DNA from: Eledone cirrhosa | Lineage: Eukaryota | Length of the DNA stretch: 64,000 bases | Reading direction: 5' to 3' | Assembly: GCA_964016885.1 (NCBI GenBank) | Contig: OZ024743.1 | Location: 302,560,001-302,624,000 of the forward strand | Translations under genes and position numbers: made by a program | The notes under the pieces: generated by a model | Database searches by the model: none | Seen by the model: the letters and a program-made list of their open reading frames with translations, nothing else | Told to the model about the DNA's origin: nothing | Shown here: positions 10,327 through 23,789 of the stretch, piece after piece | Layout of the letters: every line of letters starts with the position of its first letter | Position numbering within the stretch: position 1 is the first letter of the stretch

Positions 10327-12199
10327 CAAGACTATACATTCCAGACAACTCTAAGAGAGACTAAGGCGACCCAATATTATTCCCTGTTAATAATGTGCTC
10401 AAAGGAAAGGGAATCCTGAGCTTATCTTTAAAATACAATATGTTGAAAAGGTAACACACTATAGAGAGATAGTGTGCCATCAAAAAACAGGGAAAATAAA
10501 CCAGTGTATGGAATCTATAATCTATCACTGTATTGTGTGTTACATTTTCAACATATTGTATTTTAAAGAGCTCAGGATTCCTTTTCTTTTGAACACATTA
10601 TAGACATGAATAACGAGAGTCTATGGCTCCGTCAATTTATCGTGATATACATATGCCCAGGAAAACTCATTCCTTTAAGCTCATTTAATTACACGATTAT
10701 ACGCGAGTCCTTTGCTCCGTTATTTTACTTGATATTTGCTCCTTGCACTCTCTCTGCTGTTGAGCACCATAATTTGAATAGTATAGGCTGCCATATCTAG
10801 CAATTTGTTCTATTCTTGCCACCGGTTACTGCCTTGCGCACGCATATACATTATAACTACACGTGCGAGGTAGTTTACTTTAGTTCGCTCTAGTAGGGCA
10901 GACAATATCGGCCTTCCACATGTTGATGACACACAGGACCGAATTGGAACCAACTTAAATGGCGAAACATTCTCCTGGTGAGTTTGTACATGGGTGACCA
11001 AGGTATGAGTTTGGTGTGTCATTTTAATTTATACTTTTAATTTTAATGTTTTTCCTATGCCTCTATTAGCTTATATTCTCTTCACGCTGGTGGTTTGAAA
11101 TTCCTGTAAAGAAAAACACACTCTTCTGTGTCTTTCCCCTCTATATATTATATATATATAATAACATACTTGTAAGAAAGATAATTCTCATTTTGACATG
11201 TACTTTGCAAATTGGTGGAAGGATTTAATTATCAATACTTTTTTGATGATATATTCAGTATGTCAATAACCTTATAGTTGACACGTTATATAATGGTTGC
11301 ATGTGAAATAGGAGATACACACATTTCCAACAAATCTCTTCATGGCCAAAAGTAGTTTAAGCTCGTAAACAAAGGTAAAACAATTGACACATGTGTTGGA
11401 TTATATTGAGTGTAGAGCTGTGTCCCACATTAAAGTGCGTTTGATTGATCCGTTGTTTCTCCTATAAGATATGTACGGGTATTATATTGATTTTGATCAA
11501 CCGCTTTCCTATTTGTGAAGAAAGAGTGATTTTTCGTTTCGGACTATTTCCAAATGCTAGTTTTGATGACAATAAAACTGAGGTGTACCTTTCTGTTTAT
11601 TATATTTTAACACTTTGTTTCGTGCGCTTTTCCCAACACACATAGATCTTGAACAGTATCATCACTGAAAATAACGTTTACTTTTACAATAAAGGATATA
11701 TTTCTCATCCCGAGTAAAGTCTCTACGAAACGTTGTGTCGTGGATATGTAGTAATTGTTATTTGTTGGTGCCTCATTAGAGACAAGCGGCATACATTTCA
11801 ATTTGACGTTGGACCGTTAGCCTTAGGTCGTAGGTATTACATTAGGAGGCAAGGTGGCAGTTATCCAGGCTGGTTTGTGGCTACTAGATGCTAGCAAAAA
11901 TGTGGAAGATTCAGGGTCTTAGAAGGACGAGTGTTACAAATAACACTATTCAAACCATAAGTCGGACCATGACAGGTACTACCACCCAGGACAAAGTTAT
12001 GAATAATGGTAAGTAATCGGTAACACCATACTCCCCAGAACTAAAGAAATATCGAACTAAAGCCTCACCACCGGTTGCAGTTTAGTGACGTGCCGATGAC
12101 AGTGATGTCACCATCGCAGTTAGCTAGGTGTGGGCAGATGAACCCCGAGTTTAAACATAGTGTTAGTTAAGTGCACATTGCACTTCACGTAAAAAAATG

Positions 12200-13060
12200 T
12201 AAATTGCAAACCGAAAGGAAATGTGCAAGTCGACTAGCCACTTCAAGACCTGTAGCGATGGGCAATGGGCGAAAACGACAGGTGTAAGATAATACTGGAA
12301 ACCGTTGTCCCGATCCCCCATTTGTCAAACCAAGGCCAACGAGCATCTTCTCATGCGGTCTAAAACCATCTACAAAGAAAACGTACACATTTACATGCAG
12401 GTGGGAGAATAGACTGAATATCGCATGATGGAACATCTGAACCATGCTAGACACAGTCGACAGAAGTCGTCCAGTATATGAGCTATCAAGACTGAATGTT
12501 GTTATCATACCTCTTAGTGAAGTCTGCTTTGCATAGGAGGGCGATCTTCTAGAATATGGTAAGAGATAAACATTATGTGGGTAAGGCAACCCAGTAGAAG
12601 TGATATGCGTTTAGGGGTGGCCTTCATGGTCAGAAACTATATTGCTTCCTAGCTTGAAAACCTGCCAACAGTTACTTCTGACCGCATAATTTCTATGTAG
12701 CTCCCACCAAATTATCAGCAATATGCTACACACTTCAGCATGTACCCCTCTACTCTTCAAACAGATCATGCGGAAAAGAACAAGTCTTAGTCTGGTCTGC
12801 ACTGTCTCTTACAGGTTATACTTTGTGGATGATAAGGTCATAATCCTTGGCCATTTCAACACCAGAGCGGGCCAGCATTCTGTAACTTGGAAGGGAGTGC
12901 CTGGAAAACATGGGGTTGGAAACTGCAATGAAAATGGATGTGTTCTGTTGCAGGTTTGTGCAGAATATCGACTCTGCATCACAACACAATCTTCCAGGAG
13001 AAGGTAAGTTTGTAAACAACCAAGGTGCATTCTCGTTCCAAACACCAACAACTGATAGAT
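12200..13060 (+). mobile_element. RTE-clade LINE 5' fragment (APE endonuclease), decayed
   Basis: WNI*TMLD, GVAFMVRN and DKVIILGHFNTRAGQHSVTWKGVPGKHGVGNCNENG.VLLQVCAEYRLCIT (12723..13007) match the RTE/BovB endonuclease pattern. Confidence 0.8.
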
Positions 13061-13149
13061 TGTTGTGTATGTGGGCATATTTGGTTGTTGGAGTGCCATA
13101 GTTATGGAAATTCTTGTGCGTGTGTGTGCACCCTCCACCGATACTGCTA

Positions 13150-13241
<92 letters not shown>

Positions 13242-15139
13242 GAGACAATTACAATTTTAATAGGCGGACAGCGGCTACCCGATATATAAATGCATAAATA
13301 AGTTGATGAATGAATGTGTTCGTTCAGAGCGTAATGTTAATAGTAATATATATTATATCACTCCTCATTTCAGGAAGAAAAAAATAGTGGTAATTGTTTT
13401 AATATGAAATGATATAAATATTATCCCCATACTCACCACTACCAGCACAACAAAAGAAAAAATATTTATATCGCTCAACATGAACAAATTATTAGGGATA
13501 ATTATAATAGCTTGAAAGAGCAATAATGGTAATTGAAGGAGCAGAGTGTATAACATTGGTTCGTCATTTGACCCTGACCTTTCGCAATTTCCTCTTTATA
13601 GCTCTAGTTAGAGATGAAGTATCGCACAGGTTTGTTTTCAACCATCTTAAATCGATAGTGTAATTATAAGTAATGTCCCGATGTCAATTTGTAATAGGAT
13701 ACGCTACATTTCCTACAAAATACAATGATTTTTTTTTGTAAAAAAGAAATCAATATATGCCTACATAAATGAAAAGATAATACAAATAGTGTTTGCGAGC
13801 GAATAACAACGGAAATCATAGTTGAATCATAGAACAATGTTTAATTTAATGAAAACATTTATTATTTACAGACGAAATATGCATTAAGTGAATTATTAAT
13901 GCAGTTAGTGTGAGGTTTTGCGTGGAAAACATTGAAGAGTTGCGATAATCATCAGCAATCTCAAAACAAAACCTGATTACGACTTCACGTTGTGAATGAT
14001 TGATTGAAAATGACCGGTATACATTGCATGTTGTTCGACCAGCTCTCGAGATCTTATCTGTAGTTTATGAATTGAAGGGTTGATAGACTAGCAAAGCCAA
14101 TTTCTCGTTATTTCCTTGGCGACAAGTCTCCTTCATGAAGTGTAAGTGAAGATGGAACAATCAATTTCTTCCTTGCTTTCACTTTATCTTCGGTTTCAAC
14201 AGCCTTGAATAACGGGAAAATATGCGCCTGGCTAAGAATCTAATCTATTATGTGTAGCTCATCAACAAGAAACAAATGAAAAACATCACTGAATGTTAAA
14301 AAATATCAATGAGTAAATAGCATTTTCACTTCCTACACTGGTTAGTAATTCGGATGCGCTATTTAACTATAGTTAGCTAAATTTTAATCTGCAAATTAAC
14401 ATATACTCGCCAGCAGAAGAACATTTCTTTCTATTTACTCTACCAACTCCGCTAAATGATTCATATATGCGAATATACATGGATAGAATATGTTATTGAT
14501 TTATTTTTGCAGCAACGATTAATAAATCACTCTTCTACAGGACTGTAAATGATTGTTTGCGTGATCATATTTTTGGTTTTTCAGAACAAAAAAATAGGCT
14601 TCTCTGTCACATTGATCATTCCCAAATTAACAATCAGCTACTCTGGATGGCTCGTCACAATTGAACACTATTGTTTAGCAATTTCAACCGAGGCACATAC
14701 AAAAACATTCGAACATAAATCACGTGAGAAAATGTTTCACCATCTTAAAGATTCGGCCACGTCAAATCCACTGGGAAGATATAATATATCGTATGTATCA
14801 CTTAGTATACTTTTTCAATATTATGTATCATTTCGAAATACTGAAGATGCTGACATCCTAAAATCCGTGTAGGGGACGAACTATCTAACGGAAGCACTTC
14901 CATTTGAACCACCAGAAGAATGATTTCTATTTTAAGCCCATGGACAACAACTCGCTTTGGGAATTAATTAAATTTACCCCAGTATTTCAATTTACAGGGT
15001 AAATCATATTTTTTGGCAGGTTTACATTCCTACATATTAGATATGTGTGTATAATTTGAAATCTCCGTGTAGTCTCGCTTGCACACTCTGTATTTATGCA
15101 GATATGACACTATCATACTCTTCGGCATCTAGCGCACCT

Positions 15140-15174
<35 letters not shown>

Positions 15175-15737
15175 CTTCAATATGAAATATGAAATCTACT
15201 TAAATATGAAAATATAGAATTATAAATGTATGTCCATTCCATTTGATGATCTTTCTACTCGAAAAAAAACAACAATTACTTTTCTAATTATATTAATATA
15301 ACCGATAGGAAACTTTAAGTTTTTTTTTGTTTCATCACTATGCACCAGTTTATTTCCATCAAGTGGGATGGTTTAAATGTATTCATGTCCGTAATTTCCC
15401 TAAAGGAAATGAGAAACAGTGCAGCTCAATAGCAGGAAGTGACAATCAATAATTAGTGGAAGACTAACAATTTGTAAATGGCTTGCTCGGCACGTTTACA
15501 CAGGCACCTACACATACTTCTTTTTTGTCCGTTGGATTCGACGACGATGTATTTCTTCACGAATATGCGCAAGGCAGGGAAACATTCCAGAATGGGATCT
15601 AACGACTCGACCCCAGATATACATGTGAAGCTCAGGTGAACTAATTATTCGGCGTTAGTGTTACCGTGCCACAAGCCAGTCTCTCTGCTTGCAGTTTTCA
15701 GATCGGAGCGAAGATCAACTAACTGAGAGCGATGTTA

Positions 15738-15910
15738 AATAATTGTTTCTACATTTGGCACAAGGCCAGCAATTACCCAGTACATTACTGGTACTTTATT
15801 TTATCGGATGAAAAGCAAAGGTAACCTCGGCGGGATTTGAACTCAGTCTGTAAAGGGACGTAACTATGCTGGAAATCATGGCGTCCGACTCTCTACCGAT
15901 ACTGCCAATA
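15738..15910 (-). mobile_element. tRNA-derived SINE (octopod-type family)
   Basis: Reverse complement of ctgagttcaaatcccgccgaggt...tttcatcc..gataaaataaagtaccag...ggccttgtgccaaa.gtagaaacaattatt. Confidence 0.85.
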
Positions 15911-15949
15911 ATAAGAATGCGCTAGAATTGCTCCTGTTTTTGTTCCTAG

Positions 15950-17500
15950 CGGTAGAATGCCTCTTCGCTTTAGGGGATGATTTTAGGTAATCTGTTCTTC
16001 TCTTTCTGATATGTCCTGTCCAAAGCATCGTATATTCGGCAATGAATACTTCCTTGATGAACTCGGTAGCTCTTCCAATCTCAAACTTAATCAATTATAT
16101 CAGACGTAACGTTCTTAACACTGCAAGGTGTGTCTTCTCTGAATCGTCAATGTCTCGCTGCAATGTGTGAGTATTGGACAACTTTGCCTTCTAAACAGAA
16201 ATTTGGTAGATGTTTTATCTCTTTTATCTTTCTTTTGTGGTGCTCAACTGCTGTATGTGTTGCTCGGGTACGATAATTATGCTGCCACCATAAGAACTAT
16301 TATCATCAAAGTAATGGAACGTTTTTAATACGTTTGGGAACTTGTCAGCAAATAATAATATGGATCGCTGACACTGTAACTCACCGCATTTATTTAAGGT
16401 CGCATAAGACAATAGATCGCGCAGAACATCAGCTAACGCTTGTAAGTCTTATCGCTTCTTGTAAACTGGAGTTCATTGATCAGCGTACAAGACTTCACGA
16501 ACTACCAATAACTATGCATTGCAACTGACTTGCACTCTGGACTCCTATCTAGGATATCATGACCACACATCTTTGAAGAAAATAACTCAGTATTCAGATA
16601 AAACACAAATTCCTGCTTTACTTCGAAGTCAATCGCTATAGCTTCTGTTTTTTCCAGGGGATAATTTGACAGCTGTTCATACTCAATGTAGGAATACAAT
16701 GTAGGAACACAATAAATAACAGAAGCTTCTTGTAAAATCCTCTGCAAATCACTTGCTATAATAAGGGCTGTTGACCTCATCAAAGGACTTCATTTGGTCA
16801 AGGTGTAACATGTTTAATTGATGCTGCCGCTCAATGTAAATCTCTTGTTTTTATGTAGTGTGAAGACTGTAAAAGAAGATTTCAAATCTGCCCGAAATCC
16901 GCATTGAAACTCAGAAAGTGTGTTGGGTCAAATATCTCAGTGAGTCGTGTTAGGAACATTCGTTAGGAACTTGCTGATACAAGTGAGCAATTTCTGTAGT
17001 TACCACACACTGGTCTATCGCTTTTCTTGTGTTTGATGATAATGCTGGCCGTTTTTAAATATTACGTCAGTTTTCTTTACATTCACTCGGTTGAACAATG
17101 GTCTTTTAGGTGCTTTGTACCTGTTATCACTTTGATATCTGCCGCAACTTCTGTCATGTGCGTGCTAATTATAATAAGGATATTGCAGCAGGATCCAGCT
17201 TTAAGCTTATTCCAACGAAGTTCCTGAGAACAGAGTCTGTAAATCTGCTGACCTGAGAATCAAGTTGCCTTGCCTGTCCATAATATATGCTGCAACATTT
17301 CATCTCATATATCGCTAATACACAGCAGTGGTCGGTAAGAAAATTTCCTAGTAAAACCTCTATCAGCATAAATCTGTACTTCCAAAATGTTCACGTGTCA
17401 TTATTCCTTCAATTTTATCGTGTTACGTTGAATATCGTCCATCAAATATTCTTTGCTCGCTACTAGCTGCATATTCTTTTCATATGGTTATCGAAACACT
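15950..17500 (-). mobile_element. Highly degenerate LINE RT fragment
   Basis: ILLFADK (FADD-like) near 16340 and LWTGHI near 16020. Many stops. Confidence 0.4.
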
Positions 17501-18111
17501 CCTTATTTTTTCTCATTTTATATTCCTATGTCGAATTGCTGTCGCGTTTTCATGTGATTTTCTTGATAATTTACATCCGGATGATTGTAAAACCCTGCTG
17601 TGGAATTTTTACATAAATCCTTTACTAGTAGTGAGCTACAATCTTGATAACTATTAGCTCGATATTATCAAGGACTCTTCAACCGGTTGCCGTTTTTCAG
17701 TGAGATATTTCAAAGTAAATCCTGATTTTCAGGCTGATTATAACAGGATCCGTATGCCAGTAGACTTCGTGAATCGCTCTGGTGATTTGATTCATGTAAA
17801 TAAAATACCACTGAGGTAAGTGCGTGTGTGTGTGTAATACGGCGAGGCAGAGACAGGAGAAGGGAGAGAAAAAAGAGAGATGAATAGAGAGAAAAATGAT
17901 GAGAGAGTGAGAGGGAGAGAGTGATAGAGAGGGAGAGAAATGGCCTGTAAGTTTATTGTGTTGAACAAAATTTCCAGCCGGCCATCATTTTTATATACAT
18001 CATGATACTGTACATATAAACCCAAATTGGTGCCCACGTATATTGAGTGAGTGTTGGTTAAATCTAGCATCTTAGATATCGGCGCAGTGTTGACTATACA
18101 GACATACATAG

Positions 18112-18144
<33 letters not shown>

Positions 18145-18272
18145 CGAGTGTAAGCGCCTGAAGAATGTTCACAAATTTGATTCCTCTTTTATCCTAGAGG
18201 GTTCCTTAAATTCGGACCTTGAAAATTTGGGTAGCGCTTTTACTACATGTATGAAAATACGTAAATAATACA

Positions 18273-18342
<70 letters not shown>

Positions 18343-18912
18343 GCACTCACAATTTCGCCGATCCGTTTGCACCGTGCTGCACTATAAAAATGCATCATCG
18401 GTGTGAGGCTGGTAAGGTTTATCAATAGATCCCTCAGAAAAAAGAACGTGTCTTTGACGCGTTCGTAGCAACTGAGAACATCTCTAGAGGGGGAGAGAGG
18501 AACTAACAATTGATACAGTTGGAAAAAAAGTGCTGTTTCTTTCGTACCAAGTGAGAATATCTCAAGCGGCGGAGGGAGTAACTAACAAATGATACAATGG
18601 TCACAGACGGGATTTAAGGTGGACAGTGAGCGACTAACATATTTGTTAGATAAAAGCAGTTAGTACACTTCTGGGTTACTCGGCCATAGAGGAGTTTGGG
18701 ACAATATGATAAGGATATACCACACATATTCAGATGTATATGTGTATGTGTGGTATCTGCCTTGACAAGATTTGCTCGATCACCGAAAGGGATAAATTAA
18801 TTAAAATAATTAAAATAACACAATAATCAGAGCTACATATCAACTTACAATATATAAGGAAATAATACACAAAAAAGAAACATATTATTTCTTATACGTA
18901 TATACGTATATA

Positions 18913-19003
<91 letters not shown>

Positions 19004-19261
19004 TTATATCTTAGACAGGAACAAAAACAGAGAGGCTGTACAAATATGAGATTATTAGGTTCACGTTTCTGAGTGTGGGGGTGGGTTATAAATATATATA
19101 TATATATATATTTCGTTTCTGAATTTGTTTAGCAAGATTTTTTTATCTGAATACGTGTGTTGAAACCGATATTGTTATACTTTGGGAGGGTCATGTTGCC
19201 AATAAGAAACACAGGCACCAGTTGGTTTCACTTCAATTTATTATACATTAAATTTATAAAT

Positions 19262-21580
19262 TTAGGAATTTATAAATTTCCGGTTGTTTGATTGGTTCCA
19301 CAACCAGACGGTTGTTCATATGTTGTCAAAGTTATTTCGTCACACGTTATGTGACCTTTTCAGTGACTGGGGATTATCTTCTTTGTTTTTGTGCCTCTCC
19401 TTTGTTCTGTCCTATGCCATCTTGTTTTTGTGTGTGTTGTGTGCTTGGTTTGCACATGTGTTACATCCGAGTGTCCGTGTGTATTTATATTCGTTTATTT
19501 ATTTGTTTATTTACATGTTACTGGTTGGTTGTTTGTTCTATGTGTGTGTGTGTTTTCATTTCGTCCTTAATTGTAAGTTTTAATGTTGCTGTTCCATTCA
19601 TGTTTTCTATTTAATTTTGGTTGTAGTTCATTTACTTTTATTGCCTCTGTGATTTGTCTGAACATTGCGTCTTTTCTATGTGTAGATTCTATTTTTATTT
19701 CTATGTTCTCTAATTTACCCTTATGTTCTATTTTAGCATGTTGGTGGAGTACAGATGATTCTTTATTATCTTGAAGCTCTCGCCAGTGTTCATCTATCCG
19801 TTCCCCTATACTACGAGCTGATTCACCTATGTACACTATATTCTTATCTCTACATTGTCCTTCAGTACATCTTATGCTATATACTACATTTCTAGTTTTA
19901 CAGTTAATATGGGGGCTTAATTTGCAGATTATACATTTTTTATCTATACAGGGAGGTCTTTGAAAAGGGTATGTATTGTTAATAAGTGTTTTTATGGAGG
20001 TACCTGGTCTTTCTACTATCTTATTATTGAGTTTATGTTTATCTAGGGCCCTTCTAAATTTGTGAGCTAATTCACCTCTATGGGTTGTATCGATGAACGT
20101 TACACTCTGGTATTTATTGCTATCATACCATGAGTTTATTCTATTAACCTTATTCCTACTTCTTTCTATTCTATTCCAAAATGTGCTCCTATACAAGGGG
20201 AAGGTACCATTTGTATCATTATTTATCATTTTTTTCCCATTTGGTTCTGGCTCCTCTATATACTCTGAATTTATCTCTCTGATTGTAACCAGAGAACTGC
20301 ATACGGTGGAAGAAGTGCTGTATGTGTCTGTCTAGTTCTTTGGGGTTGCACATGCGGAACACGTTTCTCAGCACCCGTACCCAATCCGCAATCAGTATGT
20401 TGATTTTAGTATGGTCCGAAACAGCTGAGTTTCGGTGCATCAGATATTTGGAAGTCATGGGTTTGGTATAATGGGATTGGAGGATTTGTTTTTTGTTATT
20501 AATGGTATCTACCCAGAGCTCTGTGTCTAGTACAGGTAATCGATGGTTGGGGTGTTTACTTGGGTAGACTATAGTAACTCTAATACTCTGGTGGATGGAG
20601 TTAGCTATTTGCTGGATGCTTTCCATGTTTTCTCTAATTCCGGACTGTTCTCTAGTGGGGGTGTTTTTACTACGATGTTTATATCATCAATGTAGCGGGA
20701 GTACATTATCAGGGCTAAGAGGTTGCTGTCTTCTAATTGTTCTGTAAGTTTAAGTTTAAGTCCATTGTCCGACCATACCATGAATAGGTTAGCTATGTCA
20801 CCTGCAATGCTAACACCAATGGCTGCTCCCTCCTCTTGGGCATATGTTTTTCCATTAAATTTGAACATATGTTCCTGAAGGGTTAATTTTATACTGGCCC
20901 CCACCGCATGTGCAATCATTTTCTTTAGTTCATCGTGGTTTTAGGGGGTCCGTATGGCTCTGGTCCACCCGTTCCATCTATCTGTGTGGGTTTTCTTGGC
21001 CATTGAGGTAATGGTAGGTGGTTTGCCTCTTTCTGGTCTTGTAGGGCACAGGTTGCTAAGGTCATATGTATCTAAATAATCATTACTATGGGTAAGTTTA
21101 AATAGGAGTCCCAGCTCACTGGTATCAATCCCATGGAATTCAACATTGGTCTCACTGATCATTTCTACGCATTTCTCCACTGCAAAATCCACGTCAATTG
21201 CTGGACACAGGGACACAACAGCTATACTACCTATTATTCAGTCCTCCGTGCTATCACATATATCTGGGAACATTTCAATGATGGGGCTTATTATCAGGGA
21301 GAGGAAGTAGGAAAGTCTGTAATTACTAGCAATATTAGCTCCAGAGACGGGCCGTGTTGGTGGTCCTGTGACAGGGTCACTGCTCGTTTTATGGTCTTTT
21401 CGAAGCCCATAAAACGCTGGCACGTCATTGTTCCAGGCCCGGAAGTTGTTGGCAGTCCTTTCTTTGGCTGCATTATATTTGTCCACATCATAATATTTGC
21501 ATTGAGGGTTTTTTCCCTATACTCATGCTCCTGTGGTGTTACTTCTCTTGTGTTAGAGATGTGGGGTTGCATTGCCTGGA
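19262..21580 (-). mobile_element. Penelope-like retroelement (RT plus C-terminal GIY-YIG endonuclease), decayed
   Basis: FYGLRKDHK..PTRPV (21238..21486), YSRYIDD (20605..20919), LPVLDTELW..HYTKPM (20219..20626), CIDKKCIIC..NVVYSIRC..VYIGESARSIGERIDEH (19567..20229). Confidence 0.9.
19325..19367 (-). ncRNA. Degenerate hammerhead motif in the PLE 3' region
   Basis: GUCA-CUGAAAAG-GUCACA(UAACG)UGUGAC-GAAA-UAAC-UU-UGAC. Helices I and II are perfect, but the core deviates from CUGANGA. Confidence 0.5.
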
Positions 21581-21594
21581 TGTATATATATATA

Positions 21595-21775
21595 TAAATA
21601 AAAGGAATTCCAACTTTGTTTGATTTACTCGTTTAATTTACAATCCTTTAACATGTATAAGGGTATTAGAATGAAATAGAATGGTAGAATATTACATGTT
21701 AAGTGTTAATTGAAGAAATACCTTCATGCTTTCGCAATCTTCAGGTTGATATTCTGTGGTTACAGTCATGTTTGC
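21595..21775. repeat. Dispersed repeat homologous to the arm ends of the 56394-57360 fold-back
   Basis: aaaaggaattccaa..ttacaatccttta..ttaagtgttaattgaa..catgctttcgcaatctt is shared. Confidence 0.8.
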
Positions 21776-21892
21776 AATATATATATATATATATATATAA
21801 ATATATAAATATATATAAATATTTACATATAAATATATATACACATATGTATCTATATATATAGACAATTATATATAGATATATATATAGAT

Positions 21893-22332
21893 ATCCTCTT
21901 CTAGTGTGTCCATGTAGGGGCTCCCACAGGAGCACTGAGTGCAATGTCAACTCTGTATGTCAGTGAGCATGTCCAGCTAACCTCAGTCTCCTCTGTGTCA
22001 CTTTTTAACTGACTTTTGGGATGCTCCCATACAGCTCTGAGTATTTCATCCTGAGTGTATACTGATTAATGTTAAGAGCCACCCGCAGAATTCTCGTGTA
22101 GCACCCATCGATCATCTGAGTGAGTTTCTTGGTCAGTGTCCAAGTTTCATACTCGTACAGCAGCACAGACTCCACTAGAAGGGGAAGACCAAGGTTAAAG
22201 TATGTTGATACCCTAAGGACAGACACTGGTCTGTTGGAGACGCAGGACATGACAGCGATAATGAGGAACAGATACCGCTGGAGAGAACTCGTCCATGGAT
22301 CTCGGGAATTTTACCCGCCTTAGATAGATAGA
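21893..22332. mobile_element. RTE-like LINE 3' fragment with 5' inversion and a (TAGA)n tail
   Basis: Minus strand: VESVLLYEYETWTLTKKL..DGCYTRILR..RLRLAGH..LWEPLHGHTRRG. Plus strand from ~22173: [27 protein letters not shown]. Confidence 0.8.
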
Positions 22333-22385
22333 TATATAGATATATATATATGTATGTATGCGTGTGTAAATATATATAGTATATG

Positions 22386-22928
<543 letters not shown>

Positions 22929-23092
22929 CTTCTAAACACAACTCTACCAAATTGTCTACCAAACAAAATCCTAAATATATATAAATATTTACACATACAC
23001 CAATTAAACAAAGTCACAGATATATATGCGTGTTGGCAACTATTCACGATGTGGCTCAATGAAGAATTAATAAATTAAACAATCAGAGCAAC

Positions 23093-23412
23093 ATACTATA
23101 GAGTAAAGCATGTCCAGAGAATTATTTCATAATATGTATTTAATCCTGGTATGTATATAAGCATTTCTAACTTTAATTTTACCTAATTATGTATAGTTGA
23201 CCGTATATTTAATTAATTTCTACGTGCTGTTGAAATGTTGGGTAACTATTCTATAGCGAAGACGCTGGTGTGGCGTATTGATTTACTGTTTCCTTTTTTT
23301 CTTAAAACCTTGTCTAAATGATTTTTTGTGTGGTTAATTATGCTGGTTGGGAGTAGAGATGATGTATATATATTATAAAATTATTCTCTGGACATGCTTT
23401 ACTCTATAGTAT
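23093..23412. repeat. Inverted repeat, ~40 bp arms with ~240 bp spacer
   Basis: atactatagagtaaagcatgtccagagaat / attctctggacatgctttactctatagtat. Confidence 0.9.
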
Positions 23413-23422
23413 ATATATATAT

Positions 23423-23470
<48 letters not shown>

Positions 23471-23477
<7 letters not shown>

Positions 23478-23610
23478 TAACAGATTAAAGTTTAAGAAAG
23501 GAATCGCTGCTTTCACCCTTAACGGGATCATCTGAAACCCCCGTTTCAGAAGATCCCGTTAAGGGTGAAAGCAGCGATTATTTGCTTAAACTTTAATCTG
23601 TTATTTTAAT
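23471..23610. repeat. Near-perfect hairpin made of two opposed PLE 3'-terminal fragments
   Basis: attaaaataacagattaaagtttaag...aacgggatcatctgaaac-cccc-gtttcagaagatcccgtt...cttaaactttaatctgttattttaat. The same sequence occurs at 9213-9272, 26207-26280 and 63985-64000. Confidence 0.9.
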
Positions 23611-23789
23611 AAATATTTGCTCCACGGTTCTCATATATTTGATATATTTTTATCCTTATCGAGCCCTCTTTGGATTTTAGTCTTCAAATTTATTATTATT
23701 ACTATATATATATAATTATAAGAAATAATAGGTCTATTTTTGTCTGTTATTTCCTCATATTTTGTAGATTGATATATATCTCTGATTAT

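Larger units (their letters stand above)
9544..10650 (-). mobile_element. Second retrozyme-like tandem array (538 bp unit, internally deleted second unit, partial third unit, terminal inversion ~10526-10650)
   Basis: aatatgttgaaaag recurs at ~9545, 10082 and 10437. An inverted copy of the 9990-10100 segment lies at 10526-10650. HHRs occur in units 1 and 2. Confidence 0.82.

Noticed and set aside
13850-15730. Possible host exons in the less repetitive stretch
   Set aside because: No ORF with recognisable homology. Small exons cannot be excluded without RNA-seq.
18345-18408. CUCACA-CCGAUGA...GAAA-UUGUGAG (minus) as a hammerhead, with similar CCGAUGA motifs near 29315 and 57875
   Set aside because: U4C core, no room for helix III or an NUH site, and helix II does not close.
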